Made by a program: the position numbers and the translations under genes
Part shown: in pieces, positions 62,870 to 64,000 of the stretch
Layout: each line of letters begins with the position of its first letter
Numbering within the stretch: the stretch's first letter is position 1
The notes under the pieces: model-generated
Databases searched by the model: none
What the model saw: only the letters and a program-made list of their open reading frames with translations
Told to the model about the DNA's origin: nothing
Origin: Paraphysomonas bandaiensis
Taxonomy: Eukaryota > Protista > Chrysophyceae
Direction of reading: 5' to 3'
Length of the DNA: 64,000 nt
Assembly: GCA_965644295.1 (NCBI GenBank)
Contig: CBFFRP010000146.1
Location: 186,001 to 250,000, forward strand

Positions 62870-63537
62870 CTACACATGCATTAGTTAGATTGATACAGCG
62901 TATCATATGGTCTTACGTAGTAATCATACAGCACCTCCCGATTGGCCATATCACACTATCAACCCAATGCAATGTAATCCAGCATGTAGATATATAAAGG
63001 GTTATGTGGACGATAAGATGGCTGCATATCGTTCTGAACTATCATGACTGCCACTGTTCAATGTATACATACATATGCATACATATATAAGCCCCTATGC
63101 TCTATATGTATGTGTGTGTATTGTACATGGGGAAGATACTGTGGGCTAACAGTCATTTTTCTGTATTACCGGTATACTGTATCTGATAATACGGTGGGTA
63201 CTTGTTGACATGTACCTATTCAGAATGTTGTAATGTATATAGGTACATATATGAATATGATGTATACCATCATGTACGTACGACAGTCTGAGGAATAGTG
63301 GGTTCCACTGGCTATGGACAGCCCCCCACTCTTTCCTATCTAGTTGTACTTGTACGTATAGACCCATATACTGCTGTACACAGGTATCGATGTCTAGATG
63401 TAGTGTATAGTTGTGTGCCTGTGATCGTCCACTATAACCACATCACATCACATCACTGTTCTCTCAAGGAAACATATATATACACTATCTGTATATCTAT
63501 TTAACACGAGAGTTGGTGTCTGTCAATATCAGTCCGA

Positions 63538-64000
63538 ATGTCTTGTCCTTTCAAAGTGCTCAGTGTACCAAAAACAGCAACATTAGCTGAGATTAAGACT
63601 GCATATAGACGACTCGCTCTACAGCTACATCCAGATACTAATGGAGGGGATAAGGAGAAATCAGAACGATTTAAGAAAGTATCAGCGGCATATGACACTC
63701 TGACTGATCCAGAGCAACGAAAGAAATATGAATTCGAATCATCAATGAGGAATGCGTCTCAGTGGGGCAGTGGGCGTGGAGGCTATACAGTATACACGAA
63801 TCATACTCCGCGATATGCACATGGACAGGAGTTTCACTTTAATCAGGCAGAATGGGATGCATATCACTATGGCATTGATGAAGACGAATTCGACTTCTTT
63901 TCGGGGGAGGAAGTTGTTATTGAGATGGTTAATGGGAAGCCTCACGCAAGGCGATCTTCTCGAAAAAAAGGGGGCGGAAAGAATAATGGTCGCAGGCAGA
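63538..64000 (+). CDS. J-domain (DnaJ/Hsp40 family) protein, runs off the window
   Basis: MSCPFKVLSVPKTATLAEIKTAYRRLALQLHPDTNGGDKEKSERFKKVSAAYDTLTDPEQRKKYE, with HPD motif; absent from the ORF track because it has no stop in the window. Confidence 0.92.
   Translation, partial: MSCPFKVLSVPKTATLAEIKTAYRRLALQLHPDTNGGDKEKSERFKKVSAAYDTLTDPEQRKKYEFESSMRNASQWGSGRGGYTVYTNHTPRYAHGQEFHFNQAEWDAYHYGIDEDEFDFFSGEEVVIEMVNGKPHARRSSRKKGGGKNNGRRQ

Overview
Gene-dense eukaryotic nuclear DNA with short (about 45-60 nt) canonical GT-AG introns. Intron size and gene repertoire suggest a protist, possibly a chrysophyte-like stramenopile (inference only). The window opens with a 2-kb three-unit C/A-rich satellite. 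It then carries an MFS transporter, an EXPERA-like protein, a sulfotransferase-like protein, and an ankyrin gene built one repeat per phase-0 exon. A recent tandem duplication (about 11.7-18.3 kb / 18.3-23.0 kb) holds a GPH-type MFS transporter with an extra membrane tail. Further genes are SIW14-like phosphatase, PRP5/DDX46, ERp29-like, eIF3e, a nucleotide-sugar transporter, a four-repeat coiled-coil protein, a ~2980-aa SAM-like/P-loop NTPase/TPR (STAND/NLR-like) giant, DUF4807-like, an S9 peptidase, an Sfi1-like protein and a J-domain protein. A decayed RNase H-bearing non-LTR retroelement is bracketed by two inverted copies of its own 3' end, and a 280-bp mini-version of that architecture lies 8 kb away. 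All family calls come from motif recognition by eye; no searches were run.
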